Below, piece after piece: positions 1 through 11,165 of a stretch of DNA of 64,000 bases. The stretch's first letter is position 1; each line of letters begins with the position of its first letter. The translations under genes were made by a program, and so were the position numbers. The notes beneath the pieces are model-generated. The model was not told where the DNA came from, searched no databases, and saw only the letters and a program-made list of their open reading frames with translations. This stretch comes from an uncultured Gemmatimonadaceae bacterium (GTDB taxonomy: Bacteria; Gemmatimonadota; Gemmatimonadetes; Gemmatimonadales; Gemmatimonadaceae), in contig CAWJMB010000003.1 of NCBI GenBank assembly GCA_963843845.1, positions 224,001-288,000 of the forward strand. Direction: 5' to 3'.

Positions 1-129
1 GCGTCGCTCCGCGTCGCCGCGAAGCAAGATCTCTTCACCGCCGCCGAGCGCGCCGACGCGGAGGTGCAACTCGCGTCGATCATGGAGCGCGTGCACGCCG
101 AGGCGCTCAAGGTCAGCACGGCGCACTAG
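1..129 (+). CDS. 3' end of a gene running in from outside the window, product unknown
   Basis: Open frame ASLRVAAKQDLF...ALKVSTAH ending in TAG at 127-129, with GC3-rich codons. Confidence 0.55.
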   Translation, partial: ASLRVAAKQDLFTAAERADAEVQLASIMERVHAEALKVSTAH

Positions 130-169
130 CAGCCCGCGCCGCGCGCGGCGGGCGCGCCGCGCGGTCACC

Positions 170-682
170 TCAGAGGTAGCGCGCGACGGCCATCGCGACG
201 GTCGCGAGCAGCAGCAGGACCGCGACGACGCGCTGCCAGCGCCCCAGCCTCTGCTGCAGCGCCGCGAGGAGCGCGCGCTGCTCGGCGCTCCCGCCTGCCG
301 ATCCCATCGCGGCGCCGAGCGCCATGAGCTTGCGCCCGGTCGGCGTGATCGTCGCCATCGCGAGCAGGGCAGCCGCGAGGGCGAGCGCCGCGCCGCCGCT
401 GAACGTCTGGCCGACGCGCGAGCGGTACCACGCGCCGCCGCTGATCGTTCCGTCGTGCACCATGAGCGCGATGCCCGTGACCAGGGTCAGGATGCTCGCG
501 ATCGCGAGCTGCAGCGGCACGCGGCGCTCGGCGGCGAGACGCCGCATCACCTCGCCGCCGGCCGGGCCACTCGCTCGGACCGTGGGGATCAGGTAGAACG
601 CGAAGAAGACGTTGACGCCGACCCAGAACACGCCGGTCAGAATGTGGACGGCGCGCAGCGTGATGACGGTGGACGGGCTCAT
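170..682 (-). CDS. Four-TM membrane protein (CopD/DUF2269-like)
   Basis: LRAVHILTGVFWVG N-terminal motif, four hydrophobic segments, overlaps the marR stop. Confidence 0.7.
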   Translation of the reverse strand: MSPSTVITLRAVHILTGVFWVGVNVFFAFYLIPTVRASGPAGGEVMRRLAAERRVPLQLAIASILTLVTGIALMVHDGTISGGAWYRSRVGQTFSGGAALALAAALLAMATITPTGRKLMALGAAMGSAGGSAEQRALLAALQQRLGRWQRVVAVLLLLATVAMAVARYL

Positions 683-1158
683 CGGACGGTGGGGTGCGGA
701 GAGGAGGGGGCCCGCTCGACGATCGACTCGATCAGCGCCGCGGCGCGCAGCAGGGTCTCCTGCTGTGCGCGCGGCAGCTCGGCGATGCGCGCCGACAGCG
801 TGGCGACGCGCCGCGCGCGTCCGGCGGTGAGCAGGCGGCGTCCGGCGGCGGTCGCGTGGACGCGCGTGACGCGGCCGTCGGCCGGGTCGGCGGCGCGCGC
901 GACGAGCCCCGCCCCCTCGAGCGCCGCGACGAGCCGCGTCATGGTGGGCGGGCGCACCTGCTCCGCCGCCGCGAGCTCGCCGAGCGTCAGCGGGCCGCCG
1001 AACACGACGACCGAGAGCGCGGAGAGGCGCGGCGCGGAGAGTCCGCTCTGCCCGTCCTGCCGCCGCAGCCAGCGCAGCAGGTGAACGGCGGCCGAGTGGA
1101 GCCGGTCGGCCGTGGGCAGATCGGGCGGTGGTGGCGCGCTTGCGCGGCGGGAGGGCAC
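679..1158 (-). CDS. MarR-family transcriptional regulator
   Basis: LTLGELAAAEQVRPPTMTRLVAALE...DPADGRVTRVHATAAG winged-helix signature. Confidence 0.92.
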   Translation of the reverse strand: MPSRRASAPPPPDLPTADRLHSAAVHLLRWLRRQDGQSGLSAPRLSALSVVVFGGPLTLGELAAAEQVRPPTMTRLVAALEGAGLVARAADPADGRVTRVHATAAGRRLLTAGRARRVATLSARIAELPRAQQETLLRAAALIESIVERAPSSPHPTVR

Positions 1159-1176
1159 GATGCAGTATGTGGCGCG

Positions 1177-1197
1177 ATCGTTAGCAACGCTAACTAT
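1177..1197. promoter_or_regulatory. Palindromic operator between divergent marR and VOC genes
   Basis: ATCGTTAGC-AAC-GCTAACTAT, with a perfect GTTAGC/GCTAAC core at 1180-1194. Confidence 0.7.
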
Positions 1198-1211
1198 TGA
1201 TCGGAGCGGAC

Positions 1212-1592
1212 ATGCGGATGTCGATCGGGATCGAACGCATCGGGCAGATCGCGGTGCTCGTGCAGGACGTCGACCGGGCCGTCGCGTTCTACCAGGACGT
1301 GCTCGGGCTGCGGCTGCTGTTCCGCGCGCCCCCGGGGCTCGCGTTCTTCGACTGCGGCGGCGTGCGGCTGATGCTGAGTGTGCCCGAGGGGGAGAGCGGC
1401 GGCACGTCGACGCTGTACTACGTCGTGGCCGACCTCCACGCCGCGCACGAGGCGCTCGTGGCGCGCGGCGCGACGTTCCTCGGCGCGCCGCACCGCGTCG
1501 CGCGGATGCCGGACCACGACCTCTGGATGGCGTTCCTGCGCGACAGCGAGGACAACGTCGTGGGGCTCATGAGCGAGGTGCCGCCCGCCTAA
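1212..1592 (+). CDS. VOC/glyoxalase family protein
   Basis: IGQIAVLVQDVDRAVAFYQDVLGL...AFLRDSEDNVVGLM. Confidence 0.92.
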   Translation: MRMSIGIERIGQIAVLVQDVDRAVAFYQDVLGLRLLFRAPPGLAFFDCGGVRLMLSVPEGESGGTSTLYYVVADLHAAHEALVARGATFLGAPHRVARMPDHDLWMAFLRDSEDNVVGLMSEVPPA

Positions 1593-3318
1593 CGACGCGC
1601 CATCATCGAGTCCCGCCGCGACTTGAACTCGGTGCCGGGCTTCCACGCCGGCATCGTCGGCGTCGACGCGACGAGGTAGCCGAGGCGGAACAGCGCGCGC
1701 AGGTCGTCGACGGCGCCGACGAAGTCCCAGCCGGGCTTCACCTCGTCGCTCGGCGTTGTGGTAGTCGGCGCCCTCGTAGTCGCTCCGCGCTTGGACCCCG
1801 TGCCGGCGGGGGCGCCCAGCGCGTCGATGCCGATCCCGGTGAAGAGCGCGGGGACGCCCTGCTTCGCGAACTCGAAGTGGTCGGAGCGGTAGTAGAAGCC
1901 CTTCTCCGGCTCCGCGTCCGGCGCGATCGTGCGGCCGTCGCCCGCGAGCACGCCGCGCAGCACGTCGTCGAGCGTCGAGTTGCCGAGCCCGACGACGATC
2001 GATGTCGCGCGTGCGCCCCCACGGGTTGAGCACGTCCATGTTGATGGTCGGCGGCCGTCCTGTTCGAGCGGGTAGAGCGGGTGCGTGGCGTAGTACTGCG
2101 CGCCCAGCAGTCCCTTCTCCTCGGCGGTCACGGCGAGGAAGAGGATCGAGCGCTGCGGCGCGGGCGTCAGGCGCTGTGAACGCGCGCGCGATCTCGAGCA
2201 GCCCCGCCGTGCCCGAGGCGTTGTCGAGCGCGCCGTTGAAGATCTGGTCGCCCCGCCGAGTCGTGTCGCGGCCGAGGTGGTCCCAGTGCGCGGTGTAGAC
2301 CACGTACTCGTCCTTGCCGGTCGGTCCCTTCGAGCTTCGCGACGACGTTCTGCGACCGCACTCGGCGCACGGCGATCTTCACGTCGAAGCGTCGCGGTCG
2401 CGTTCAGCGCGACGGGCGGAAGTCCTTGCGCGTCGCCGCCGCCTTGAGCGAGTCGAAGTCCTGCCCCGCGGCGGCGAGCAGCGCGCGCGCCTTCTCGTTC
2501 GCGATCCACCCCTCGACGCCGACGCGCTTCGCCGCGTCCGCGGAGGGGACGTCGAACTGCTCGGCCCTAGCTCCCCTTGACGACCTCGTACGGGTAGCCG
2601 GCGGGGCCGGTCTCGTGGACGATGAGCACCGCGGCGGCGCCCTTCTGCGTCGCGATCTCGTACTTGTAGGTCCAGCGGCCGTAGTACGTCATCGCCCGGC
2701 CCGGAACACGCGGGTCGAGCTCTCGGGTCGCCGGGTCGGCACGGCGGGGTCGTTGACGAGCATGACGAGCGTCTTGCCGCGCACGTCGACGCCCTTGTAG
2801 TCGTCCCAGCCGTACTCGGGGGCGACGACGCCGTAGCCGACGAACACGACGTCGGAGTTCGAGACTTTCGTGGTGGCCCGGTCGTGGCGCGAGTTCGCCA
2901 CGTAGTCGTCCGGCCAGGCGAGCGGCATCGAGGTGCCGCCGACGGTGAACGACGCCGTGGGGCGCGACGTGTAGCCGATCAGGTCGACGTTCTGCACGAA
3001 CGAGCCGTCGGGGTTGCCAGGGCTGAGGCCCAGCGCCTGGAACTCGCGCGTCAGGTACGCGACCGTCTTCACCTCGCCCGCGGTGCCCGGCGCGCGCCCC
3101 TCCATCGAGTCCGCAGCGAGCGCCTTCACGTGCGCGAGCAGCGAGTCGGCGCTGATCGCCTGGGCGGCGGTCGTGACGGCGGCCGGAACGCTCGTGGCGT
3201 CGCCGGCGGCAGCCGTATCGGTCGGCGCGCGGTCGCCCGCGGGCCCCGAGCAGGCGGTGATGCCCGCGAGGAGCGGCGTGCTCGCGAGGAGGATCGATCG
3301 TCCGAGAGTGCGGGGCAC
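1589..3318 (-). CDS. M28 family metallopeptidase with PA domain, probable lipoprotein (several frameshifts)
   Basis: Pieces in different frames: [69 protein letters not shown]; start approximate. Confidence 0.88.
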
Positions 3319-3455
3319 GGGAGGCGCAGGTTCGAGGAGGAGATCGTGGGTGTCAGAATGAAGTACGGAACGCCGTGCGGCGCTCGTGGGCGCCGTGGTG
3401 GCCGCCCTGCCGCGGGGCGGAGGAGCGCCGTCGAAGCCGCCGGCGCGCTCGGCGC

Positions 3456-4613
3456 CTACCGCCGGAGGAGGTTGTCGCGCGAGAGCTGTTCCATCGTCTC
3501 GAAGCGCTGCGCCTCGCTCGCCTCGACGTAGACGGTCGTCGTGCGGACGTCTTCGTGGTCGAGCAGCCCCTGCACGTCGGTGATCGTGTGGCCGTCGGCG
3601 AGCGCGTGGTAGGCGATCGCGTGACGGAGCTTGTGCGGCGAGAGCTGCCGAACGATCGTCGGCGAGAGCCCCGCGCCGCGCGCCGCGAGCACGAGACGGT
3701 CCCAGGCGCGCTTGCGCGAGATGACGCGGCCGGTCCACGGGTGCAGGAACAGATACGCGTCGGGGTCGCCTAACGGTCGGCCTAACGGCGAGGGCGCGTT
3801 CGCCTTGCGGCGCTTCACGGCGGCGCGCGGCGTCAGCGTGAGGCGCACGTCGAGCCAGCGCTGCACGTCGCTCCGGACGACGCCGGCGACGATCTTGCGG
3901 CGCGGCTTGTTGCCCTTCACGTACACGGTCATGATCCAGCGCCGCGCGTCGCTCATGTCCAGGTCGCGGAGCTGGATCCCCCCCGCCGACGAGACGCGCA
4001 GGCCGAGGTGGTAGCAGAGACGGAAGATGGCGACGTCGAGCACGTGCAGGTTGCGCTGCCGCTCGGCGTCTTTCGCGTCGCTCTCCTCGCACATCGCGAT
4101 CTGCGCCTCCCACCAGTCGAACAGGGTGCGCAGCGGCTCGCGCGCGAGACGCACCGGGTCGGGGCGGATGAACTGCGGCGTGCGCATCTGCGCGACCGGC
4201 GAGAACGCGACGCGCGGCCGTGTGGGGTCGTCGTCGCGCGGCGTCTCGCGGCACCAGCGGTAGAACGCCTTCAGCGACGCGAGCTTGCGGGCGGCGGTGC
4301 GCGGGCCCCACGTCGCGGTGATGCCGTCGGCGGCCGCGTTCGGGCGGCTCGGATCGCGCAGGCGGTCGCGCAGCCAGACGCGCACGTCGTCGGCACGGAC
4401 GTCGAGCATCGACTGCGGGCCTAACGCGATCGCGAACGCGCGGAGGTCGGCGAGGTAGGCGCTGCGCGTGTTCGGGCGCAGCTCGCGCTCGTAGAGGAAC
4501 TGGTTGATGAGTCCCGCGTTCGCGCTCGACGGCTGCGGCGCGCCGTCCGCCGGCGGGAGGGCGGCCGGCTGCACGGGGCGCTTCGTCTTGCGGGCGGGGA
4601 TGCGGCGCGGCAT
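3456..4613 (-). CDS. Tyrosine recombinase/integrase (XerC/XerD-like)
   Basis: N-terminal [10 protein letters not shown] / [13 protein letters not shown]; catalytic set GLRVS, KGNK, HKLRH, LLDH, TTVY. Confidence 0.92.
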   Translation of the reverse strand: MPRRIPARKTKRPVQPAALPPADGAPQPSSANAGLINQFLYERELRPNTRSAYLADLRAFAIALGPQSMLDVRADDVRVWLRDRLRDPSRPNAAADGITATWGPRTAARKLASLKAFYRWCRETPRDDDPTRPRVAFSPVAQMRTPQFIRPDPVRLAREPLRTLFDWWEAQIAMCEESDAKDAERQRNLHVLDVAIFRLCYHLGLRVSSAGGIQLRDLDMSDARRWIMTVYVKGNKPRRKIVAGVVRSDVQRWLDVRLTLTPRAAVKRRKANAPSPLGRPLGDPDAYLFLHPWTGRVISRKRAWDRLVLAARGAGLSPTIVRQLSPHKLRHAIAYHALADGHTITDVQGLLDHEDVRTTTVYVEASEAQRFETMEQLSRDNLLRR

Positions 4614-4750
4614 ACGAGCAACGTAGTGCGCTGACGGCTCTCGGACAGACGGCGCGGCCGCGCGCCGGCGCCTCGGCGGGGAGCGTTAGGCGCGTGGTCG
4701 ATGCGCGCGCCGCTCGTCGCGGGGAACGCGCTCCACGACCGGCGCGCGCG

Positions 4751-6796
4751 TCACGGCCGCTTCGTCGACGAGTCGGGGGCCGTCAGGAGCCGCTCGCCCG
4801 CCGCGCTCATCCCGGCGACCGCGTCGGCCACCGCGGGAGGCGCCGGTCGCTCCACCCGCCCGCCTAACGCGCGCGCCAGGAATTCCTCGAGCGCGCGGTT
4901 CACGGCGAGCGCCGTGATCTCCTCGTTGAAGCCGTGCCCCTCGTTCGACGCGTAGAGCAGCGTCGTCGGCAGCCCGCGCTCGCGCCAGGCGCGCAGCACG
5001 CGCACCGCCTGGTCGGCGCGGACGCGCGGGTCGTTCGCGCCCTGGAAGAGCAGCAGCGGCGCGCGCGCCGAGTCGAGGTGATAGAGCGGCGACGCGCGCC
5101 GCATCCGCGCGAGGTCGTTCGGCACGTCCGGTCGTCCGACGAACCGGTACCACGACCGCGGCAGGAACGGCCCCCACGACGGCGGGAACGCGCGGATCAG
5201 CGTCTCGAGGTCGACCGGACCGGCGTAGCTGGCCCCGCAGCGAAAGCGCGCCGCGTCGCGCGTGAGACCCACGAGCGCCGCGTAGCCGCCGTACGACCCG
5301 CCGACGATGCACACGCGCGCCGAGTCGACGGCCCCCGCGCGGACGCCCCATGCCACCGCGTCGAGCAGGTCGTCCGACATGCGCCCGCCGAACTCGCCGA
5401 CGGCGCCGTCGACGACCGCGCGTCCGAGCCCCGTCGATCCGCGGAAGTTGACCTGGAGCACCGCGTAGCCGCGGTTCGCGAGCAGCTGCGTCTCTCCCGA
5501 GTAGCCGAGTGATTCGCGCGTCCAGGGGCCGCCGTGCACGACGAGCACGGTCGGCTGCGGTCCCGGCGGGCCGACCGGGGCGCGTGTCAGCACGAGCGAG
5601 AGCGGCAGCCCGTCGCGTGCCCGGAACGGGTGGAACTCGCTCGTCGCGAGCTGCGCGCCGCGCAACGCCGGGTGCCGCTCGGCGAGCGTCGTGAGGCGGC
5701 CGGCCGATCGGTCGAGCAGGACGTAGCGGCCGGGGTCGTTCGACGCGTGCGTGAAGAACAGCAGGCGCGTGCCGCTCGCGTCGCGGCTCTCGAACTCGAC
5801 GGCGCGCGCCGTGTCGCGCTGGCCGACGAGGCCGGCCACGAGCGTGTCGAGCTGGGCGTCGGTCGCGCGGTACGCCGCCGCCGCCCCGGTGCACTGCTCG
5901 CCGAGGAGGCGCTCGTCGTCGCCGAACAGCGGCGTGCCGGCGTCGTAGGGTCCGCAGCGCGAGGCGTGGCTCGCGCGCACGACGCCCGTCGCGGGGTCGA
6001 GCGCACGGAGCATCTCGAACGCGCTCCCGGCGTTGCTGCGGATCCAGACGCGCCGCGGAACGCTGCCACGACCGCCCTGCACGCCGACGAGCGCGACGCG
6101 GTCGGAGGGGCCGGCGCGATGGACCGTGCGCCACGGGCCGCGCGCCTCGGCGCGCGTCCGCACCTCCAACGTGCCGTCCGCGAGAATCGCCGACGCGGCG
6201 ACGACATCGCCGTCGCTCCCTGCGGCGTAGGCGGTGACGTCGCCCGGGTTGCGCGCGAGCATCCGGGCGGCGCCGGTCGCGAGCGTGACGACGTAGGCGT
6301 CGGAGACGCGCGGATCGCGGTGATTCGACGCGACGATCGCGACGTCCGGTCGCCCGACCGGGAGCGCCACGAGCTCGACCTCGGCGCGCGGAAACGGCGT
6401 CAGGTCGACGGCGCGCGCGCCACTCCGTCGAGGGTCGATCCGCAGCAGGTGGTACCCCTCGTCGCCACCGCGGTCGTGGAGCACGAGCAGCCAGCGCCCG
6501 TCGCGCGACCAGCGGACGTTCGACACGGCCTGCGCGCTGTCCGCCCACACCGTGCGCACGCGCCGCCCCGCGTCGTCGCGCAGCACGACCGCCGTCGTGC
6601 CCGCGCTGTCCACTCGCTCGATGAGCGCGATCGTGCGCCCGTTCGGCGCGAGCTGCGCGGTGAGCGCCTGCGGCTTGGCGCGCAGCTGCACGATCGGAAG
6701 GATCGGCGGATCGGTCGTCGGCGACTGCGCGGACGCGACCGTCGACGCCGCGCCGAGGGCGAGCGCGACACGAGCGGAGTGAAGGAGCGACGTCAT
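4751..6796 (-). CDS. S9 family peptidase (acylaminoacyl/dipeptidyl), secreted
   Basis: Signal peptide, beta-propeller, VHGGPW, GGSYGGY nucleophile, [13 protein letters not shown]. Confidence 0.93.
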   Translation of the reverse strand: MTSLLHSARVALALGAASTVASAQSPTTDPPILPIVQLRAKPQALTAQLAPNGRTIALIERVDSAGTTAVVLRDDAGRRVRTVWADSAQAVSNVRWSRDGRWLLVLHDRGGDEGYHLLRIDPRRSGARAVDLTPFPRAEVELVALPVGRPDVAIVASNHRDPRVSDAYVVTLATGAARMLARNPGDVTAYAAGSDGDVVAASAILADGTLEVRTRAEARGPWRTVHRAGPSDRVALVGVQGGRGSVPRRVWIRSNAGSAFEMLRALDPATGVVRASHASRCGPYDAGTPLFGDDERLLGEQCTGAAAAYRATDAQLDTLVAGLVGQRDTARAVEFESRDASGTRLLFFTHASNDPGRYVLLDRSAGRLTTLAERHPALRGAQLATSEFHPFRARDGLPLSLVLTRAPVGPPGPQPTVLVVHGGPWTRESLGYSGETQLLANRGYAVLQVNFRGSTGLGRAVVDGAVGEFGGRMSDDLLDAVAWGVRAGAVDSARVCIVGGSYGGYAALVGLTRDAARFRCGASYAGPVDLETLIRAFPPSWGPFLPRSWYRFVGRPDVPNDLARMRRASPLYHLDSARAPLLLFQGANDPRVRADQAVRVLRAWRERGLPTTLLYASNEGHGFNEEITALAVNRALEEFLARALGGRVERPAPPAVADAVAGMSAAGERLLTAPDSSTKRP

Positions 6797-7148
6797 GGGT
6801 GCGGATCGCGCGTCATGTCCGGGCACAGGCTGGAGCGAATCGGAAGGGGGGCACATCCCGACGGTGCCCACACGCTCTGACACACGATTCGGCCGTCGCG
6901 TTACACGCGACGACGCGCCCCGGCGTACGCCGGGGCCGAGCGGGTCGCCGACGCGCCGTCCGCGTGCGACCCTCTCGCGCCGGTGGAGACCGCGCTGGCC
7001 GCGCGAGCGCAGGCGCTCGACGACTGGCGCGGCGAGCGCGCGGACCTGTCACACCCCGCGCGAACGTTCCGGCGGTTCGCCGGGCTCGCGCCTGCCCGCT
7101 ACGTCGCGAGCCGCGGCGACGCGGCGCGGGCGAGATGCTCCGTGACGG

Positions 7149-8201
7149 TCACGCCGTGAGCGTCGACATGTCGATCACGAAGCGATACTTCACGTCGCTC
7201 CGCAGCATGCGCTCGTAGGCCTCGTTGATCTGATCCGCGCGGATGACTTCGATGTCGGCGCCGAGCCGGTGCTCGGCGCAGAAGTCGAGCATCTCCTGCG
7301 TCTCGCGGATGCCGCCGATCAGCGACCCCGCCATCCGCTTCCGCTTCACGATGAAGGCGAACGCGTTCGGCGACGGGTGCGGCTCCGGCGAGCCGCCGAG
7401 GAGCACGAGCGTGCCGTCGCGCCGGAGCGTGTCCATGAGCGCGGCGACGTCGTGCGACGCGGAGACGGTGTCGATGATGACGTCGAGCGAGTTCGCGGCC
7501 GCGGCCATCTGCTCCGCGTCCCGCGACACGACGACCGCGTGCGCGCCGAGCCGCCGCGCGTCGTCGCCCTTGCCCGGCGACGTGGTGAACAGCGTCACCT
7601 CGGCGCCCATGGCGCTGGCGAGCTTGACCGCCATGTGTCCGAGGCCGCCGAGTCCGACGACGCCCACGCGCGTGCCCGGGCCGACGTTCCACTCGCGGAG
7701 CGGCGAGTAGGTCGTGATGCCGGCGCAGAGAAGCGGCGCGGCGGCCGCGGGGTCGAGCCCGTCGGGGATGCGCAGCACGAATCGCTCGTCGACGACGATC
7801 GCGTCGGCATAGCCTCCCTGGGTCGGGCGGCCGGTCTCCTTTTCGACGCCGCCGTAGGTGCCGGTCATTCCATTCTCGCAGTACTGCTCCAGCGATTCGG
7901 CGCACGCGGCGCACGACTGGCAGCTGTCGACCATGCAGCCGACGCCGACGAGATCGCCGGCGCGATACGCGGTGACGTCGCTCCCGACGGCGACGACGCG
8001 GCCCACGATCTCGTGCCCTGGCACCTGCGGGTAGGCGATGCCGCCCCACTCGCCGCGCACGGTGTGCAGATCGGAGTGACAGATGCCGCAGAACAGAATC
8101 TCGATCTGCACGTCGCGCGCGCCCGGGTCGCGGCGCTCGAAGCGCCAGGGAGCGAGCGGAGCGGTCGCGTCGTACGCGGCGTAGCCGAGCGTCGGGATCA
8201 T
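7149..8201 (-). CDS. Zn-dependent NAD(P) alcohol dehydrogenase (YahK/CAD-like)
   Basis: CGICHSDLH, PGHEIVG, GLGGLGH, DVKYRFVID. Confidence 0.95.
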   Translation of the reverse strand: MIPTLGYAAYDATAPLAPWRFERRDPGARDVQIEILFCGICHSDLHTVRGEWGGIAYPQVPGHEIVGRVVAVGSDVTAYRAGDLVGVGCMVDSCQSCAACAESLEQYCENGMTGTYGGVEKETGRPTQGGYADAIVVDERFVLRIPDGLDPAAAAPLLCAGITTYSPLREWNVGPGTRVGVVGLGGLGHMAVKLASAMGAEVTLFTTSPGKGDDARRLGAHAVVVSRDAEQMAAAANSLDVIIDTVSASHDVAALMDTLRRDGTLVLLGGSPEPHPSPNAFAFIVKRKRMAGSLIGGIRETQEMLDFCAEHRLGADIEVIRADQINEAYERMLRSDVKYRFVIDMSTLTA

Positions 8202-8259
8202 ATCTTGATGGGAGTGAGAGGGGACCCCTCACACTAACGACCTCTCACCCCGAGCGCCG

Positions 8260-9072
8260 ATGCCGTTCTTCAAGACGACCGCCGAGCCGGCGACCGACAT
8301 CTACTTCGAGGACAGCGGCGGCGTCGGGCAGGCCGTCGTGCTGATCCACGGCTGGCCGCTGAGCCACCGCATGTGGGAGCGCCAGGTCGACGCGCTCACG
8401 GGCGCCGGCTACCGCTGCGTCACGTACGACCGACGCGGCTTCGGCGAGTCGGGGAAGGCGACCGGCGGCTACGACTACGACACGTTCGCGTCCGACCTCA
8501 ACGACCTGCTCGTGTCGCAGAACCTGCGCGACGTCGTGCTCGCTGGCTTCTCGATGGGCGGCGGCGAGGTCGCGCGCTACATCGGCCGCTACGGCGAGAG
8601 TCGCGTGGCGAAAGCCGCGCTGTTGGGCGCCGTGACGCCGTTCCTGCTGAAGACGGACGACAACCCCGACGGCGCGCCGCAGGCGATGTTCGACGGGATG
8701 ATCGAGGGGGTGCGCACGGACCGCCTGGCCTTCCTCGCCGAGTTCTTCCCGAACTTCTACAACGAGGACAAGGGCGACCTGATCGCGTTCAGCAAGTGGA
8801 TCGCGTGGGCGGCGTCGCCGTCGGGCACCCGGGAGTGCATCACGGCGTTCGGCACGACCGACTTCCGACAGGACCTCGCGAAGTTCACCGTGCCCACGCT
8901 GATCGTGCACGGCGACGCGGATCGCATCGTGCCCATCGAGATCTCCGGCGAGAAGTCGCACGAGCTGATCGAGGGGAGCCGCTACGAGGTCATCAAGAAG
9001 GCGCCGCACGGCTTCGCGTCGACGCACGCGGAGATCCTCAACGAGCTGCTGCTGGACTTCCTGAACGGGTGA
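8260..9072 (+). CDS. Alpha/beta hydrolase (non-heme chloroperoxidase/arylesterase-like)
   Basis: LIHGWPLS, YDRRGFGES, GFSMGGGE, HGDAD, APHG. Confidence 0.93.
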   Translation: MPFFKTTAEPATDIYFEDSGGVGQAVVLIHGWPLSHRMWERQVDALTGAGYRCVTYDRRGFGESGKATGGYDYDTFASDLNDLLVSQNLRDVVLAGFSMGGGEVARYIGRYGESRVAKAALLGAVTPFLLKTDDNPDGAPQAMFDGMIEGVRTDRLAFLAEFFPNFYNEDKGDLIAFSKWIAWAASPSGTRECITAFGTTDFRQDLAKFTVPTLIVHGDADRIVPIEISGEKSHELIEGSRYEVIKKAPHGFASTHAEILNELLLDFLNG

Positions 9073-9145
9073 CCGGGTGGGACGTCGGCGTGGCATCGTG
9101 TCTGCCTGGACCGCCGGGTGTGCGCGCTGACGAACTGACGCATCC

Positions 9146-10027
9146 ATGACCGGACCATCGCAGGACCCGACGTCGGGCGGCTTCACGCCCCCACACCCTC
9201 CCGATCCGCAGGGCGAGCCCGGCAGCGAAGCCAGGCTCACCCCGGACGCCGACCACGGCGAGACGTCGTACCGCGGGTGCGGCAAGCTCGTCGACCGAGT
9301 CGCGCTCATCACCGGCGCGGACTCCGGGATCGGGCGTGCGGTGGCGCTCGCCTTCGCGCGAGAAGGCGCAGACGTCCTGATCTCGTACCTGAACGAGCAC
9401 GACGACGCGCGCGAGACGCAGCGCCTGGTCGAAGCCGAAGGGCGGCGCGCCGTCATCGTCGCCGGCGACCTCGGCGAGGAGGCGCACTGCCGGGAGCTGG
9501 TGCGCCGCTGCATCGACGAACTCGGGGGCGTCGACGTGCTCGTGAACAACGCCGCGTACCAGACGACCCACGACACGATCGGCGAGTTCACGACCGAGGA
9601 GTTCGACCGCGCGTACAAGACGAACGTCTACGCCATGTTCTGGCTCTGCCGAGAGGCCGTGCCGCACATGCGGCGCGGCGCCTCGATCATCAACACGACG
9701 TCGGTGCAGGCCTACTCGCCGAGCCCGATGCTGCTGCCGTACGCGTCGACGAAGGCCGCGATCAAGAACTTCACGCAGGGGCTCGCGCAGATGCTCGCGG
9801 AGCGGGGGATCCGCGTGAACGCCGTCGCGCCCGGCCCGGTCTGGACGCCGCTGATTCCCTCGACGATGCCGACGGAGCAGGTGCGCACGTTCGGCGAGGA
9901 CACCCCGATGAAGCGCGCCGCGCAGCCGCGCGAGATGGCGCCGATCTACGTGCTCCTCGCCTCCGACGAGGGGAGCTACATCACCGGGATGATCTACGGC
10001 GCGACCGGCGGCGACCCGATCGGCTGA
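9146..10027 (+). CDS. SDR oxidoreductase (YghA/general stress protein 39-like)
   Basis: ITGADSGIGRA, LVNNAA, YASTK, VAPGPVWTPLI. Confidence 0.93.
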   Translation: MTGPSQDPTSGGFTPPHPPDPQGEPGSEARLTPDADHGETSYRGCGKLVDRVALITGADSGIGRAVALAFAREGADVLISYLNEHDDARETQRLVEAEGRRAVIVAGDLGEEAHCRELVRRCIDELGGVDVLVNNAAYQTTHDTIGEFTTEEFDRAYKTNVYAMFWLCREAVPHMRRGASIINTTSVQAYSPSPMLLPYASTKAAIKNFTQGLAQMLAERGIRVNAVAPGPVWTPLIPSTMPTEQVRTFGEDTPMKRAAQPREMAPIYVLLASDEGSYITGMIYGATGGDPIG

Positions 10028-10158
10028 CGGCCACGGAGGCCGGACCGCGGCGCTTGCGGCGATTCGCGGGGGCCCGCTATGTAGCGCACGCCGCGACCTG
10101 CGGACGGTCCTCGCCGCACTCGACCCGATGACGTGAGCACGTTCGTTCCCATGAGGCC

Positions 10159-10446
10159 ATGACGCCGTCGCGACCCATCGATCCCCTGCACGGCGTCACC
10201 CTCGAGGCGATGATCGAGCACCTGCACGCGCGCTACGGCTGGTCCGGACTGGGCGAGCGCATCGCGATCCGCTGCTTCACCGACCAGCCGAGCGTCGCGT
10301 CGTCGCTCAAGTTCCTGCGTCGGACGCCGTGGGCGCGCACGAAGGTGGAGTCGCTCTACCGGCACTCGGTCGCGCATCCGCGCAAGAGCGACCGCCCGCT
10401 CACGCGCGACCGCGACGTATCGGGCGACACATCCGGCGAGACGTGA
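10159..10446 (+). CDS. VF530/DUF2132 family small protein
   Basis: DPLHGVTLE...PSVASSLKFLRRTPWARTKVESLY. Confidence 0.9.
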   Translation: MTPSRPIDPLHGVTLEAMIEHLHARYGWSGLGERIAIRCFTDQPSVASSLKFLRRTPWARTKVESLYRHSVAHPRKSDRPLTRDRDVSGDTSGET

Positions 10447-11165
10447 CGCGACGCGTGCGCGCGACGCCGCGCCACTACGCGGCCGGCCGGGCGTGCTCGC
10501 GAGCGCGTTCCTCGTCGATCAACTGACCCAACGTCGTCTCGGCTGACGGTGGCGCGCCCGTCACCCCGAGGCCGGGGTGTGTGGGCCGACCGAACCGGTA
10601 CGACCAGCCGCCGCGGCCGCGGCGGCCCACGAGCACGCACACCGGGGAGCCGCCGGCCGCGGGGCCGAGCGTGACGGGGACCAGGGCGGGCGGCGCGATG
10701 GTGCGATGTGTACGGTGTACAGTCGCCGCCGTTCGGCGCGTCATACGCCCGTGGGGCGCGGGCGCCCATCGGCGCGCACGCGTGCGCTCGCGACGCACGG
10801 CTCGACCGCGCGAGTGATCGGGACGGGCCGCTCCGGGAGGGCGAGGCGCGCGAGGGCACGCAGGCGGCGCTCGCCGCGGCTGGCGCGAGCGGGCGAAGGC
10901 CCGGACGAACCCGGGGCGAGCGCGGCGGACGCGCGAGGAGAGCGAGAGGCCATGAGGCCGGCGACGGTCGAGTGAACGAGCGGGGCGTCGATCGGGCCCG
11001 CGTCACGCCAGTGCCGGGCCCACGGAACGAGTTACGACGCGGGCACCGTGGATCTTGAGCGGACGATCGCTCGGCGATGGTTCGGTGGGTGGCCCTCGTG
11101 TGCTCCTCGATGGTCGCGGCGACGTCGGTGGCCGCGCACCAGCGACCGGCCGTCGCGCGGCTGCC

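Noticed and set aside
8214..8248. GTGAGAGG...CCTCTCAC inverted repeat in the short divergent ADH/hydrolase spacer
   Set aside because: Only 8-bp arms with no linked regulator, too weak to call.
10475..11050. Possible small genes between DUF2132 and DUF72
   Set aside because: Several overlapping short ORFs with no recognisable motif or clear start, so none can be supported.
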